DNA of 62,095 bases, taken from IMG/VR virus record IMGVR_UViG_3300030427_000031, positions 1-62,095 of that record, one strand, 5' to 3'. Shown piece after piece: positions 7,473-17,534 of the stretch. The position numbers and the translations under genes are program-made. The notes beneath the pieces were generated by a model. The model was not told the origin of the DNA, did no database searches, and saw only the letters and a program-made list of their open reading frames with translations. Numbering within the stretch: position 1 is the stretch's first letter; each line of letters begins with the position of its first letter. The stretch comes from a virus. Lineage: Duplodnaviria; Caudoviricetes.

Positions 7473-10382
7473 ATGTTTAACGAAGATAATACAATGGAGC
7501 AGATGGTAATCTCGACTCTTAAAGGCAATGGCTGGAATTACATCCCCGCAGAAGAGCTACCTCGAACTTATTCTGATGTCATGGTAGAGCCTATGGTCAA
7601 AGACGCCCTTATCCGCCTTAATCCAGAAATAGCAGAAGACCCGTCACGCGCTGATGAGGTCATCTATAAACTGCGCACAATCATTCTGTCGGTACAGCCG
7701 CGTAACCTTATAACCCAGAACGAGCTCTTTAAGAAGATGGTGTTTGAAGAAAACTCCTATCCCTTTGGTAAAGATGGTCGGATGATTCCGATACGTTTTT
7801 TCGGCACAATGAAAAAGGAAGATCTAGCTCTTAACGAATATGTCGTCACTAACCAGTGGGTTTATCCTCAGGCAGAGGGCGGCAAGCGACTCGATATCGT
7901 TCTGCTGATAAATGGTTTTCCTATTGCTATCGGTGAGCTCAAGACTCCGGTCCGCAATGCGATAACCTGGTTAGACGCTGCCAGCGATATAGCTTCCTAC
8001 GAAAAGAGCATCCCTGAGATGTTCGTATCTAACGTATTCAACTTCGCTACTGAAGGTAAATGCTATCGCTATGGTTCTGTTGGAATGCCAATCAATATGT
8101 GGGGACCTTGGCATACTCCTGACCATAAGTCAGAAGGCAGCCTTGCCGATGTTAAAGTCAGCGTAGGTGATATGATTACACCTGAGAAGGTTATGGATAT
8201 TTTCCAGTTCTTTACCCTTTTTGCAACAGACAAAAAGCATGTAAAGTACAAGATTATCTGCCGTTATCAGCAGTATGAAGGTGCTAACCTTATCGTGCAG
8301 CGTGTTGTTGCTGGTTATCCTAAGCAAGGCCTTATCTGGCATTTCCAAGGTTCAGGAAAGTCGCTGCTGATGGTGTTTGCGGCGCAGAAGCTTCGAATGA
8401 TTCCTGAGCTTAAGAATCCGACCGTTGTAATAGTTGATGACCGTCTTGACCTTGAAACACAGATTACAGCAACCTTTAATGCTTCAGATGTTCCGAACTT
8501 AGTGTCACTTGCTACGAAGGAAGATGTTGAGAACTTCTTTAAACAGGATATTCGTAAGATTGCGATTACGACTATTTTCCGCTTTGGCGATGTTGATGGC
8601 GTTCTCAATCTTAGAGATAACATAATCATTATGGTTGATGAAGCACATAGAACTCAGGAAGGTGACCTCGGTGAAAAGATGCGTGCAGCACTACCCAATG
8701 CGTTCTTCTTCGGGCTTACAGGTACTCCCATTAATCGTATTGATAAGAATACATTCCGTACCTTTGGCGCAGCAGAAGACCGGAGCGGGTATTTGAGCCG
8801 CTATACCTTCTCTGACTCCATCAGAGATAATGCGACTCTACCGCTTAACTTTGAGCCAGTCCCGGTTGACCTTCATGTCGATAAGGATAAGCTAGATGCT
8901 GAGTTTGATGCTCTAACAGAAACACTTTCAGATGCAGACCGTGCAGAGCTTTCCAAACGCGTAAATATGAAGGCCATCATGTATGATCCTAAGCGTATCC
9001 GTAAGGTTTGTGAACACATCGTAAAGCACTACAAAGAGAAGATTGAACCTAATGGATATAAAGGTCAGATTGTTGTATTCGACCGTGAGTGCTGCCTTAA
9101 GTATAAGGAAGAGCTGGATAAGCTGCTCCCTCCTGAGGCAACTACAATTGTAATGGATACAAACAGCGATAAGGAAGACCGTTATAAGAAGTATCGCCGC
9201 AACCGTGATGAGGAAGGAAAGATTTTAGATCAGTTCCGTGATAAGAGCAATCCTCTGAAGCTGGTTATTGTTACTGCAAAACTTCTTACAGGTTTCGATG
9301 CCCCTATTCTTCAGGCGATGTATTTGGATAAGCCGATGAAGGACCATAACCTTCTACAGGCCATCTGTCGTACAAACAGAACTTATGATGAAGGAAAGAC
9401 TCATGGACTGATTGTAGACTATATCGGTATTTTCGATAATGTTGCTAAGGCTTTGGACTTTGATGAAGCCAGCATGAAGAAAGTTATCACCAACATCGAA
9501 GAAGTCAAGAAACAGGTTCCTGCGCTTCTTAGAAAGTGCCTCAGCTATTTTATGGGCGTTGACCGTACAGTTGAAGGCTGGGAAGGATTACTTGCCGCAC
9601 AGGAGTGTATTCCTACAAATAAGGATAAGGATGCGTTCGCAGCGGATTACCGTGTTCTTAATAGAGCCTGGGATGCGTTGTCCCCTGATCCATTTCTTGA
9701 TAAATTCAAATTTGACTATGTATGGCTCACTAAAGTTTATGAGTCTGTAAAACCGACTGACAACCGTGGTGCGCTTGTATGGGCAGCTCTTGGTGCTAAA
9801 ACGTTGGAGCTTGTTCACGCAAACATCGAAGTTGGCCAGGTTCATGATGATCTTGATATTCTTACATTAGACGCAGACCTGATTGACGAGTTTATCCGTA
9901 AGCAGAAGGATGTCAAGAAGACAACCATGAAGGTAGAGATTGACCTGGTTGCTAAGATTCGCGAACATACAAACGACCCTAAATTCGTAAAGCTAGGCGA
10001 GAAGCTCGAAGAACTTCGTGAACGGCATGAACAGGGCCTGATTAATAGCATTGAGTTCCTGAAGCTCTTGCTTGAACTCGCAAGAGAGGCAGCGCAGGCA
10101 GAGAAGGAAGTTGTACCGGAAGAAGAAATCGACCGTGGTAAAGCGGCGCTCACAGAGCTCTTTAAAGGTGCTAAGAATGATAAAACTCCTATCATTGTTG
10201 AGCGCATCGTTGCCGATATCGATGACATTGTAAAGATTGTACGTTTCGACGGCTGGCAAAGAACAACTACAGGTAAAAATGAAGTTAAGAAAGCGCTACG
10301 CAGTGTCATCTGGATTAAGTACAAGATTAAGGATAAAGAAGTATTCGATAAAGCTTATAGCTATATTGAACAGTATTATTAA
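7473..10382 (+). CDS. hsdR: Type I RM restriction subunit
   Basis: DIVLLING..ELK nuclease motif, WHFQGSGKS, DEAH, LTGTP, LLTGFD, QAICRTNR. Confidence 0.95.
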   Translation: MFNEDNTMEQMVISTLKGNGWNYIPAEELPRTYSDVMVEPMVKDALIRLNPEIAEDPSRADEVIYKLRTIILSVQPRNLITQNELFKKMVFEENSYPFGKDGRMIPIRFFGTMKKEDLALNEYVVTNQWVYPQAEGGKRLDIVLLINGFPIAIGELKTPVRNAITWLDAASDIASYEKSIPEMFVSNVFNFATEGKCYRYGSVGMPINMWGPWHTPDHKSEGSLADVKVSVGDMITPEKVMDIFQFFTLFATDKKHVKYKIICRYQQYEGANLIVQRVVAGYPKQGLIWHFQGSGKSLLMVFAAQKLRMIPELKNPTVVIVDDRLDLETQITATFNASDVPNLVSLATKEDVENFFKQDIRKIAITTIFRFGDVDGVLNLRDNIIIMVDEAHRTQEGDLGEKMRAALPNAFFFGLTGTPINRIDKNTFRTFGAAEDRSGYLSRYTFSDSIRDNATLPLNFEPVPVDLHVDKDKLDAEFDALTETLSDADRAELSKRVNMKAIMYDPKRIRKVCEHIVKHYKEKIEPNGYKGQIVVFDRECCLKYKEELDKLLPPEATTIVMDTNSDKEDRYKKYRRNRDEEGKILDQFRDKSNPLKLVIVTAKLLTGFDAPILQAMYLDKPMKDHNLLQAICRTNRTYDEGKTHGLIVDYIGIFDNVAKALDFDEASMKKVITNIEEVKKQVPALLRKCLSYFMGVDRTVEGWEGLLAAQECIPTNKDKDAFAADYRVLNRAWDALSPDPFLDKFKFDYVWLTKVYESVKPTDNRGALVWAALGAKTLELVHANIEVGQVHDDLDILTLDADLIDEFIRKQKDVKKTTMKVEIDLVAKIREHTNDPKFVKLGEKLEELRERHEQGLINSIEFLKLLLELAREAAQAEKEVVPEEEIDRGKAALTELFKGAKNDKTPIIVERIVADIDDIVKIVRFDGWQRTTTGKNEVKKALRSVIWIKYKIKDKEVFDKAYSYIEQYY

Positions 10383-10397
10383 TAGGGGGGTCTGCCT

Positions 10398-12311
10398 ATG
10401 AAACAATATGCTTCGTTTGAAAAATATCTTGAGGATAAGTACTATAACGATATTCACCGTGCCATCACCGGCCTCATACTCAAAAGAGGCCGGAATAATG
10501 GCTTTTATTCATATACAGTTTTAGACCCATCCTACTTCCAGGTAGATGACATACATGTGAAAACAGTGTCCTTCCATTCTACAGACGGAAACCGGATTAT
10601 TTTCAACGCAGCAGTAGAGGCGGACGTTATTCTTAAGGGAATGGGTAAAAGGGATTATGACGCAGATGTGAATAATCCTTGGTACACTGTTTCTTTTACT
10701 GGTTATTTGAGTGATGGCCTTAATATGGTTACCATCACAGGTGTTGACGAATATTCTGCAGATAAGTTTGATAAGAACACGACACTATCAAAGTATCTAG
10801 TCCCTTATCTTTATGCTGAGGACATTGAGAAAGAAGCGGAAAAGTTTTTATACAAATACTGTAGACAAGCATTAAAGGAGCCTATGCCCATTCCGCTTGA
10901 TGAGCTCATGATTAATATGGGACTTGAGCTTTATGAGGCACCGCTTCCTGATAACATCTTCGGTAAGACTTATTTTGCGGAAGCTACAGTTGATGTTTTT
11001 AATGAGGATGGTGAGGTGGTATCACAGACCATTGATCCGGGCACCATTCTTTTGAATCCTAACATCTTCTTCATGCGCAACATCGGCTCCCGTAATAACA
11101 CAGTCGTTCACGAGTGTGTGCATTGGGACCGCCATGATAAGTTCTTTGAGCTGCAGAAGCTGTTAAACAGCGACCTCAGCTCCCTTACCTGTGAGGTTAC
11201 AGAACATATGGGTCAGAAAGATACTGGCATTGAGGGAGCACTTCAGTGGATCGAATGGCAGGCTAATGCCTTGACTCCGCGCATATTGCTCCCGGCAAGC
11301 ACTACAAGACAAAAGTTAAACGAGATATTGCTTCGTCTACATATTGAAAACCCAGAAAGAACTGAGTCAGATATCATGGAGGAGGCTATCCAGGAGTTGG
11401 CAGATTTCTTTGCAGTTTCAAAGTTTGCTGCAAAGCTTCGTGCCATTGAACTTGGCTTCTCGCAGGCGCAGGGTGTTTGGAATTATTTCAATGGTAAGTA
11501 TCTGCCTAGCTTCTCATTTAAGGCTACGGCGTTGAAGAAAGACGAGAGTTATATCATCGACACCAGAAACGCTTGCTTTGAGGCCAGCTTAGATGATGAT
11601 GTAAAGGCTGTACTTTCCAAGGGTGACTTCATTTATGTTGACAACATGTTCTGTATCAACGACGAGAAGTACATAATGGAAACCGAAGATGGCGGCTGTA
11701 CTCTTACTGTTTACGCCAGACAACATGTTGATGAATGCTGCCTTAAGTTTAAACAGAAGTTCAAAGTTAACAGCGCACATGGTGATGCCTTCTATACGCA
11801 GTGTTCTCTTTGCAAGGATGTCGATGCAGCAGCTTATTGCGAATGTAACTACATCGATGATGAAGATAATCAAAATGTAGAGCAGCGTGCTATTGAGTTG
11901 AAGAAGCTGAAAGTCGAAGGAGGCCGTGTCATGGAAATTTATCGTAGCCTTCCGATGTCTTTTTCAGGAACGCTTGATGCTCACATGAAACGCCTTGAAA
12001 AAGAGGATGGCAGAAAGATGACAAATATGGAACTTGCTTTAAGAACAGGACTAAGCGACCGATACATTCAGGACCTTCGTAAGGAAGAGAAGAATATAAG
12101 TCTCGGAACCGTTTGTGCTATTTGCATTGGCCTTCACCTGCACCCTATCTTCAGTAATGACCTCATACAGAAGTCACGCAATAATTATCCTATGAATGAA
12201 GAAGGCTTCTTCGATAGATTCCTCATTGAGCATCACTACATGGACACTCTTGATTTGTGTAATGAAAAGCTTGCAGAGTTGGGTTATCACACCTGGGGTA
12301 AGGAATTATAA
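10398..12311 (+). CDS. ImmA/IrrE-family metallopeptidase with C-terminal XRE-like HTH
   Basis: HECVH (HExxH) and EWQANAL..ILLP motifs; C-terminal TNMELALRTGLSDRYI. Confidence 0.75.
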   Translation: MKQYASFEKYLEDKYYNDIHRAITGLILKRGRNNGFYSYTVLDPSYFQVDDIHVKTVSFHSTDGNRIIFNAAVEADVILKGMGKRDYDADVNNPWYTVSFTGYLSDGLNMVTITGVDEYSADKFDKNTTLSKYLVPYLYAEDIEKEAEKFLYKYCRQALKEPMPIPLDELMINMGLELYEAPLPDNIFGKTYFAEATVDVFNEDGEVVSQTIDPGTILLNPNIFFMRNIGSRNNTVVHECVHWDRHDKFFELQKLLNSDLSSLTCEVTEHMGQKDTGIEGALQWIEWQANALTPRILLPASTTRQKLNEILLRLHIENPERTESDIMEEAIQELADFFAVSKFAAKLRAIELGFSQAQGVWNYFNGKYLPSFSFKATALKKDESYIIDTRNACFEASLDDDVKAVLSKGDFIYVDNMFCINDEKYIMETEDGGCTLTVYARQHVDECCLKFKQKFKVNSAHGDAFYTQCSLCKDVDAAAYCECNYIDDEDNQNVEQRAIELKKLKVEGGRVMEIYRSLPMSFSGTLDAHMKRLEKEDGRKMTNMELALRTGLSDRYIQDLRKEEKNISLGTVCAICIGLHLHPIFSNDLIQKSRNNYPMNEEGFFDRFLIEHHYMDTLDLCNEKLAELGYHTWGKEL

Positions 12312-12339
12312 AAAGTTTTTGAAAAATATTAGTTTAGAC

Positions 12340-12445
12340 CGGAACTCACACTTCCGATTTTGAACACGGATTAACAGGGCTTTATGACCAGAGATGGTTG
12401 TAAGGCCTTTTTTTTATGCCGTAAAAACCGGAACTCGCAGTTCTG
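12340..12445. promoter_or_regulatory. Two 17-bp operator-like palindromes
   Basis: CGGAACTCACACTTCCG (12340-12356) and CGGAACTCGCAGTTCTG (12429-12445). Confidence 0.5.
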
Positions 12446-12685
12446 CGAAGAAAAACCGCATCCGAATTATGATGTTTATAGAAGCTTGAAGCTTCAAATA
12501 AATCTAAGCCTTCGGGTGCGCAACTTAGGCAAGGATACATACGGTTGGTGGATCTCAGTAAAAAGAGAGAAACCAGACCCTGTACCCTTACTTTGTTGCG
12601 CTCATTTTGCCGAAGTAGCGGTACTGGATAAGACCTGACTGTGTCCTTGCGATAGTTCTCTCCCTTTAGGCGGGAAGGACAAAAA

Positions 12686-13183
12686 ATGTTAAACACAGTC
12701 AATCAAGAAACTAAGCAGTATTACCTCACCATCGATGGCCAAGAGGTAACGGTAACCGAAGAGGTGTACAGAGCCTACAAACGTCCGATCTGGGCTGAAC
12801 ACAAGCGTAATGATCGGCAGAAACTATGTCAAGTTAGTGACGGCAAGGGCGGCCTGAAAAGATGCACAGAAGATTGCTCCAAATGCAGTCGCACTAAGGA
12901 AGGCAACGTCCTTTCACTAGACGGACTCGAAGAAGCTGGATACAGCGTTGAGGACCGCGCACAGGATGTTGCAGAGATTGTTGCAGAAAAGGTGCTTCTT
13001 GAAGAGCTTTTTAAGGCTCTCGAAGAACTGGACCCCAATAGTCATCGTATCTGCAAACTACTTATGGAAGGCTGTTCGAAGCGAGAAATTGCTAGAATCA
13101 TGTCAATTCCGCAGTCAAGTTTTGAGTACCAGTTTAAAAAGTTGATGGCATCTTTAAGAGAGCGTCTGGAAAACTACATCTAA
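12686..13183 (+). CDS. Sigma-70 region 4-like activator with Cys-rich insert
   Basis: LSLD motif, C-terminal HTH (SKREIARIMSIPQSS), C-x11-CxxDCxxC. Confidence 0.75.
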   Translation: MLNTVNQETKQYYLTIDGQEVTVTEEVYRAYKRPIWAEHKRNDRQKLCQVSDGKGGLKRCTEDCSKCSRTKEGNVLSLDGLEEAGYSVEDRAQDVAEIVAEKVLLEELFKALEELDPNSHRICKLLMEGCSKREIARIMSIPQSSFEYQFKKLMASLRERLENYI

Positions 13184-13198
13184 AACGTAAAAGAATAG

Positions 13199-13224
13199 AC
13201 GGTACTGATATAAAAGTCAGTACC
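13199..13224. terminator. Bidirectional terminator between convergent genes
   Basis: CGGTACTGA-N8-TCAGTACCG. Confidence 0.7.
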
Positions 13225-13235
13225 GCCTTTCTGTT

Positions 13236-15239
13236 TTAGTCTTTCTTATAAAACATTGTCTCATAGCCATCGGCTCTTAAAGCCAACCCTTTTATCCAGG
13301 GTGGCGTTCGTCCCATCTGCTCACAAACTGCTTTAAGGGAAACATCCATGCTGCACTCAATAATTAGTTCGTCGTGGACGTGACCGCAGATAAAGCAGTG
13401 GCGGAGCGTTTTCATAGCGTAGGCCAAGATATCCCGGCTGATGGCCTGCACAATATTTTCTGTAAACTTCGGCCCGTAACTTTCGATGCGTTCCCACTTC
13501 TTAGTGTTGCCGGTTCCTTCGTAGGTGACAGACTCACCACCGAACTGGTTCTGTTCGATCTTAGGCTTTACATAGGAAAGCCTTCTGCCGGAAGGAAGCT
13601 CAATAAAAAGCATACCCTTATGGTAGTAGAAATTAATCCCATGTGTTTTGGCATGTGTTCTTAAACGAACTGCCTCTTTAACATTTTTGTCAACATCCCA
13701 CCACAGCTTTGTAATCTTTGGGTTTGAAGCTCTCCAAGAGTCAACCAGCGGCTGCAGTTCGTCTTCGGTAAGGCCCATTTCTAATGCACCCATAGCCTTA
13801 AGTGCTCCAACACTGCCGCCATATCCAAGTGCCAATTCTGCGATTTTACCTTTTTGGCGAAGGTGGCTGTTTACACCGTGCTTCTCAACCGGTACATGGA
13901 ACATAGCAGAAGCAGAAGCGCAGTAGATATCACCATTGCTTTCAAAGACATCTAATCTCCATTGCTCCCCGGCTAAGAAGGACAGAACCCTAGCCTCGAT
14001 AGCACTAAAGTCGCACACAATAAACTTGTATCCTGACCTTGGAACAAAAGCGGTTCGGATAAGCTGAGAGAGTGTATCCGGCACATCCTCATAAAGAAGT
14101 TTCACTGCATCATAATCTCCGAGCTTTACAAGGGACCGTGCATCTTCCAAATCAGGGATATGGTTTTGAGGAAGGTTCTGCAATTGTATATGCCTGCCTG
14201 CCCAGCGACCAGAGCGTGAAGCGCCATAATATTGGAACATGCCGCGAGCCCTGCCATCTAAGCAGACGGTGTTCTGCATGGACTGATACTTTTTAACGCT
14301 ACTTTTTGCAAGCTGCTGACGAAGTAGAAGTACGTCCCGTTGATCCTCCGGTGAAGTCTTTATAAGTGCTGCGACATCCTTTTTGCCAAGGGACTCGGTC
14401 TCAACACCATTATCACAAAGCCACTGTTTTACTTGCACAACGCTGTTTGGGTTATCAAGGTTGGTAAGCTCCTTCATTGCCGCAGTAAGTTCTTCTTTGG
14501 ATTTCTCATCGAATATAATGGCATTTTTAACCACGCCCATATCAAGCAGGATGCCTCTGTCATTGATTTCTTGATCCAGATGGTATTCGTCCCACACAAA
14601 CTCAGGTACTGGATAGCTTTCTAGTCGCTTCTTAACTGCCTGTTCGACCTCAACATCTCGGATATTGTATTTCTTAAATAAGGACCATTTTTCCATATCA
14701 TGTACAGGCAGGTTACGAGTACGGCCACCGTTTACTTTGGTGGGTTTGCATGGAACGCAGAAATATTTGATGAGATCTTTGCCTTCTTTTAACTTCTGTT
14801 CACCGAGCTTAAGAACTGTACCTACACCTTCAAGCGAAAGTGGTAAGCCCATATAAGCCGACCATATCATGCAGCAGCGCCATGAAGATGGATTAAGGTA
14901 ACCTTTAACAGAGTCCTCTGGGATGCTGTAGCTATTAAACTTATCCGGGTAGTGCTTACGAAGCCAATAGGATAAACAGACACGTTCGAAGGAAGCATTA
15001 AATGCCCATTTGGTTATATTATCATCGACTAATGCATTTAATATCTCTTCTGGGACGATCTCCCCTAAGGCTAAGTCGATAACCTGTACATCACCGCCAT
15101 TAATTGCGTAGCCCAATAGGAGGACTTCAAAGCTCGGAGATTCTGCATAGCGATAAGCTCCACACTTACCAAGGTCCACATCTGAGTAAGTTTCAAGGTC
15201 AAGAGAAAGTGTTTTTATATCTTTCATAACATCCTCCAT
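13236..15239 (-). CDS. Phage DNA polymerase, family A
   Basis: DLETYS exonuclease motif, DFSAIEAR, RQKGKIAELALGYGG, HVHDE. Confidence 0.92.
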   Translation of the reverse strand: MEDVMKDIKTLSLDLETYSDVDLGKCGAYRYAESPSFEVLLLGYAINGGDVQVIDLALGEIVPEEILNALVDDNITKWAFNASFERVCLSYWLRKHYPDKFNSYSIPEDSVKGYLNPSSWRCCMIWSAYMGLPLSLEGVGTVLKLGEQKLKEGKDLIKYFCVPCKPTKVNGGRTRNLPVHDMEKWSLFKKYNIRDVEVEQAVKKRLESYPVPEFVWDEYHLDQEINDRGILLDMGVVKNAIIFDEKSKEELTAAMKELTNLDNPNSVVQVKQWLCDNGVETESLGKKDVAALIKTSPEDQRDVLLLRQQLAKSSVKKYQSMQNTVCLDGRARGMFQYYGASRSGRWAGRHIQLQNLPQNHIPDLEDARSLVKLGDYDAVKLLYEDVPDTLSQLIRTAFVPRSGYKFIVCDFSAIEARVLSFLAGEQWRLDVFESNGDIYCASASAMFHVPVEKHGVNSHLRQKGKIAELALGYGGSVGALKAMGALEMGLTEDELQPLVDSWRASNPKITKLWWDVDKNVKEAVRLRTHAKTHGINFYYHKGMLFIELPSGRRLSYVKPKIEQNQFGGESVTYEGTGNTKKWERIESYGPKFTENIVQAISRDILAYAMKTLRHCFICGHVHDELIIECSMDVSLKAVCEQMGRTPPWIKGLALRADGYETMFYKKD

Positions 15240-15283
15240 TCAAAAGAATAAGGGCGGCAGCAGGAGTGCCACCGCCCAAGCAA

Positions 15284-15436
15284 TTAAAACTTATCAAGTG
15301 AATCAAAGTTTTTCTTTGCTTTTTCTTTCTTATGCTTTTTGATGGCGTCATTAATTTCAGTTACGACCCAGAATAGGGCTCCGATGATAAACACGCCGTA
15401 TAAAGTAATAAGTTCAATAACAAGAATAGTTTCCAT
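15284..15436 (-). CDS. 50-aa single-TM small protein (not in ORF track)
   Basis: METILVIELITLYGVFIIGALFWVV followed by a basic tail; GAGGT RBS. Confidence 0.6.
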   Translation of the reverse strand: METILVIELITLYGVFIIGALFWVVTEINDAIKKHKKEKAKKNFDSLDKF

Positions 15437-15505
15437 ATGATTTACCTCATTTCTTTGATTGTCTAGGTGGCAGGTTTTCCTACCACCCGGATTGTCAGTT
15501 ACTGT

Positions 15506-16069
15506 TTAGGAAAGGAAGTCTTCATCATCCTCTGTAGCGAAGTCATCTTCGGCGTTAGACTTGCCGCCAAGATGCTCGCCATCACGGATCTTTTGAAGGT
15601 TATTAAGGGAACAAGCGATACCCTTATTTCCGTTGGTGTTGAATGCGTAGAAGTTAACACTGGCACGACCATAAACACCGGAATAAATCTCAGAACGCTC
15701 GATGATAGGCTGACGGTCTGCATCTACGATACCAGGCGCAGAGCTGTTGTTGGCATTCATAAAGTAGGCGTTTTTGTAAGCGGGATCGTCAGGACGTTCC
15801 ACATCACCATCACGAAGAGGAGTCTTAAGGGCTGCAAGAGGAGGTACCGAACGACCATTACCTTTGAGCTTGCCTTCACCTTCGTGGTAAGCTGCTTCTA
15901 TTGCGGCTTTGATCTTCTCGATGGTCTTTGTGTCAGACTTAGGGATAATGAGAGATACACTGTACTTAGGGGTGCCACCATTTATGGATTTAGGCTCCCA
16001 TGCATTCGCATAGCTCCAACGGGTATCAGGGCCAGTAACTACTTTTAACGGATTAACTGTCTTTGTCAT
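15506..16069 (-). CDS. DUF2815-like phage ssDNA-binding protein
   Basis: PKYSVSLIIPK, LRDGD, YSGVYGR, acidic C-terminal tail ending in F-L-S. Confidence 0.8.
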   Translation of the reverse strand: MTKTVNPLKVVTGPDTRWSYANAWEPKSINGGTPKYSVSLIIPKSDTKTIEKIKAAIEAAYHEGEGKLKGNGRSVPPLAALKTPLRDGDVERPDDPAYKNAYFMNANNSSAPGIVDADRQPIIERSEIYSGVYGRASVNFYAFNTNGNKGIACSLNNLQKIRDGEHLGGKSNAEDDFATEDDEDFLS

Positions 16070-16083
16070 GATTTATTTCCTCC

Positions 16084-17208
16084 TTAATTTTCATCAAAAT
16101 CTTCAAATGCTGAGTTATATTCAGGTCTCTTGTCATCAGCGGTAACAAGGACCGGTTTTCCAGGTGGCTTAAAGGTCAGCCCACCGAGAATATCTTCAAA
16201 TACCTTCTTACCGAGAAGTGCTGTCATGGCTGTGATGCCGAGTAATTTCTTCTCATAAGGGTCTTTACCGGCTGCAATAACAACATCAGCTACCGCAGCT
16301 TCGTCAGTGTACTTTCTGTTGGAACGACCGGCGACTAACTTAAAGCCTTCAAACTTGGTACCGTTCAGAGCCTCCTTCAGAGCATATTCCTTGACATCAT
16401 TGGCCCAAGATACCAGCTCATCTGCTTTTGTAAGGATTGCTGCGATTTCATCGTTATCGAGAGTGGCAGGTACCTCAAAGTCGTACTTTGCGAGCTCCAG
16501 ATTGTATTCAGCACGCTTCCTGCAGGTTGCTTTAGCCTTACAGAACTGGCAGTGCTCGCCAGCCTTGTATTCGCCCTCGCCTTTAATAGCAAGCTGTGCA
16601 GTAGGAGTCAATACTTCCTCAGCCCACTTGATTAGTTCGCTCTTTGAGATGCTGTATTCGCTAATGTTTTCTCTACGAGGCTGATAGATGATCAAGTGGA
16701 TATTGTCGATGTCGTAAATGCCATCGAAAAGAGCCAAACCTCCAAGTGCATAGCAGAACATTTGTGGATTTCTTTCCGCTGATACCTTGATTCCAAGTCC
16801 GTATTTGTAGTCAATTACGGTAAGAGTGCCGTCTGATATAATCAAACAGTCAACATGACCATAACCTTCCGGGACATATTTCGAGAAGTCGAGTTTCTGC
16901 TCAATAAGTATCTGAGGATCAGCACAGGTTTCTCTTGCTTTCTCAAGCTGTTCAATTACAAAGGCTGCGTAGTATTCAGCGTGGCTGTTCATTTCCTCAT
17001 CGTAGAAGCTTAAAGATTCAGTCGGGTCCTTTGTGTTAAGTCCCAGCAATTTTTCAAGCTTGTACTGTGCGAGTGTATGGGCATCAGTGCCTTCCTGTGC
17101 AAAGCTGCTGGACGTATCTTCAAACTTCTTACTAAGTAGCGCCGATGGTGGGCAAGCAATCCACTTGTGTGCGGACGAAGCTGAAAGCAGTGCATGTTTT
17201 ACGCTCAT
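16084..17208 (-). CDS. DUF2800-like Cas4/PD-(D/E)XK nuclease
   Basis: HALLSASS..W..C, EGT.AH, D...IDYKYG, HCQFC. Confidence 0.8.
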   Translation of the reverse strand: MSVKHALLSASSAHKWIACPPSALLSKKFEDTSSSFAQEGTDAHTLAQYKLEKLLGLNTKDPTESLSFYDEEMNSHAEYYAAFVIEQLEKARETCADPQILIEQKLDFSKYVPEGYGHVDCLIISDGTLTVIDYKYGLGIKVSAERNPQMFCYALGGLALFDGIYDIDNIHLIIYQPRRENISEYSISKSELIKWAEEVLTPTAQLAIKGEGEYKAGEHCQFCKAKATCRKRAEYNLELAKYDFEVPATLDNDEIAAILTKADELVSWANDVKEYALKEALNGTKFEGFKLVAGRSNRKYTDEAAVADVVIAAGKDPYEKKLLGITAMTALLGKKVFEDILGGLTFKPPGKPVLVTADDKRPEYNSAFEDFDEN

Positions 17209-17534
17209 TTAATTGCCTCCGCATCCGCAAGTAATGCGGCATACTGTGACGGGTCTACGCTGGAGAGCTTCTCCGCACCGTATTTTTTCAGAAGTCCCTT
17301 AAGCGCTTCTGTGTATCCGGCTCTGGACATTTCTGCAAACTTCTTGCGAACATCTAAGAACGAATACTCTGGTTTCGGTTCCTCTGTCGGTATTGCGGGT
17401 GCTTCCATAACAGTTTCAGGCTCGTCATTTGTACTTGAGAAAATCTCTGTAAGCGAGTCAGCAATGTTAATGAGAGTCTTGCCGCAGTCCCTAAGTTCAG
17501 AAAGAACCTGACTAAGTTCACTCATCTTGCTCAT
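17205..17534 (-). CDS. Conserved phage replication-module protein
   Basis: LLKKYGAEKLSSVDPSQYAALL C-terminus typical of this module; GGAGG RBS. Confidence 0.65.
   Translation of the reverse strand: MSKMSELSQVLSELRDCGKTLINIADSLTEIFSSTNDEPETVMEAPAIPTEEPKPEYSFLDVRKKFAEMSRAGYTEALKGLLKKYGAEKLSSVDPSQYAALLADAEAIK

Noticed and set aside
12429-12445. LexA (GAAC-N4-GTTC) box
   Set aside because: The spacer is 5 nt, so it is better explained as an element-specific operator.
16084-17208. Cas4-like nuclease as a sign of CRISPR-Cas
   Set aside because: It sits in a standard phage replication operon; no other cas genes or repeat-spacer array are visible.
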